NCBI RefSeq assembly: GCF_032062105.1
Contig: NW_026932625.1
Coordinates: 62,001 to 126,000 of the forward strand
Direction: 5' to 3'
Length of the DNA stretch: 64,000 nt
Source of the DNA: Saccostrea cucullata
Taxonomy: Eukaryota
The position numbers were made by a program, and so were the translations under genes. How positions within the stretch are numbered: position 1 is the first letter of the stretch; each line of letters begins with the position of its first letter. Below are positions 62,364 through 64,000 of this stretch, piece by piece. Under the pieces are notes generated by a model. That model saw only the letters and a list, made by a program, of their open reading frames with translations, made no database searches and was not told the DNA's origin.

Positions 62364-64000
62364 AAAATATACATGTAATTATACTTACAGTATTAAAAAG
62401 TGATAAATTGAAAGGCCACAGAGCTCACCTGAGTAACATCTACCTCTTAACAAAGGTCAACTTCAAGTTCATCATTACACAATTTTAGTATACTGAACTT
62501 TCTACAAATCTTAACTTTTCTGGCCTAGAGGTTCTAATGAGATTACTTATGGAAGCCAATTGCATTTTTGCCTTTTTATGATTATTTCCCTTTGAAAGTG
62601 GTCATGACCCTTCATTTGAAAAGTGATTTTTAAACCTAAGGATGCTTTCTGTCTGTTTTCAGTTGGATAGAGAGACACAGGTAGAAGGAGGGGTGCCAGA
62701 CAAAGGTGATCAGAAAAGCTTACAGCTCATGTGAGTTAGATCCTCATAGAATTAATTTGTAAAACAAAACGGGTAAAAGTTTTAACCCTTCACATTTGGA
62801 AAAAATTGAATTTTCTTGCTTTGGGAAGTTGGTCCAGTAAAAGAAATGAACATAACAAAATCAAAAACTTTACTGACAGCCAAACAGAAAATGAGATGAA
62901 TAATTTAGAACAGCTTACTTGAGTCTTTGGCTAACTAAATGTATACAAGAATAACTTTGAACAATAAATAATATTAGGAAAAAAAATCTTTCCAAAAAAC
63001 TTCTTTAGGGAACCAGTACATTTACAAGAAGCAAGCCTTTTTTTACACGGATATTGAAAAGATTAAACTCTTCTTTGTAAATACAATACTACAAATTAAA
63101 ACTCAATTAACTTTTTTTTACCAGACAAAATTAAGTTTCCTCATCAAGGCGCTCTTACAATAAAATGTATCTATTGATGAAGATAGAAATTATAAACAAA
63201 GTAAACCATTGCATCAGAAACCTGCACGAATGTTCAGAATCTGAATAAAAGTGTCAGTATACAATACATATATTAAGCTTCTGCAGCAGGCAGATAAAAT
63301 ATACATCTACAGAGATGAGTATAAAAATAGTATTTATATGTAATACTATTGAAACAAAAACACTCTGTATTGAAATAAAGTTTCCAGAGATGGTCAGGTG
63401 CTGAAAATGGCGGCACTGATAGTCATCTCAACTTCACAACCACCTCATCATGTTACAAAAAAAAAATGTACATTTTATTATGTCAAACTTAAAAATAAAT
63501 TAAAAAGAAATATGATATGTAGAAAAAATAATCCAGATTATAACACTGGATCTAACAAAATACTAGCATACATCATGAAAATGTCAGTACACTGAAGGCA
63601 AGAGATGTAAATGGCACTCTGTTTTCTGTAGAACTGTATTCCAACTCTCTCCCCTGCCTTCTTTCATAACTATATATGAGCAACTCTGTATGAAATGTGT
63701 GATGTAATGTACTCTGTAATTCCACTTGTACTATGGTCAGATGATGAAATAACAGCACAATCACTGACTTAACAACAGATACACATGTACAACAATACCA
63801 CCCCAAAATCATTTTTGAGAATTTGCTTTTTCAACTGACTGAATACAAGTATAAGACAATTAATCACATCTCAATCCAGTTTGTTTCATAATCTTGGATT
63901 AACATATATATTACTATCTGAAGTGAGTTAAATATTAAACAATCATTATGCTTTTGTAAAATCATCATAAAATGCCTTTGAATTCACAATAACTGCACGG

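Noticed and set aside
63573-63812. 79-aa minus-strand ORF near the window end
   Set aside because: No recognisable motif or convincing splice context. The region looks like the AT-rich 3' UTR of a gene outside the window.

Overview
AT-rich, intron-containing animal DNA. The Cg170/HINE-type repeats suggest an oyster or other bivalve; this is inferred from repeat architecture, not from a database search. Hand-splicing at GT-AG sites gives six host genes: three DNAJC4-like J-protein paralogues (-,+,-) in the first 14.6 kb, FAM50A/XAP5 (-), an uncharacterised coiled-coil protein with a TIR/flavodoxin-like C-terminal domain (+), and TIMM50 (-). Mobile DNA is dense: a full-length CR1-type LINE with intact ORF1 and ORF2, two 5'-truncated LINEs, a decayed gag-protease LTR element with a tRNA-Lys PBS that carries a copy of a host exon, many Helentron-associated (HINE) satellite carriers, a mariner relic, MITEs with 5-, 6- and 9-bp TSDs, and a ~6 kb G-rich 30-bp minisatellite with an internal inversion. 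Most notable: (i) tandem repeats that amplify exon/intron junctions around exons with unusually high GC3, (ii) the orphan TIR-like protein, (iii) the exon-capture rearrangement inside the LTR element. There are no prokaryotic features, CRISPR arrays or recognisable rRNA/tRNA genes.
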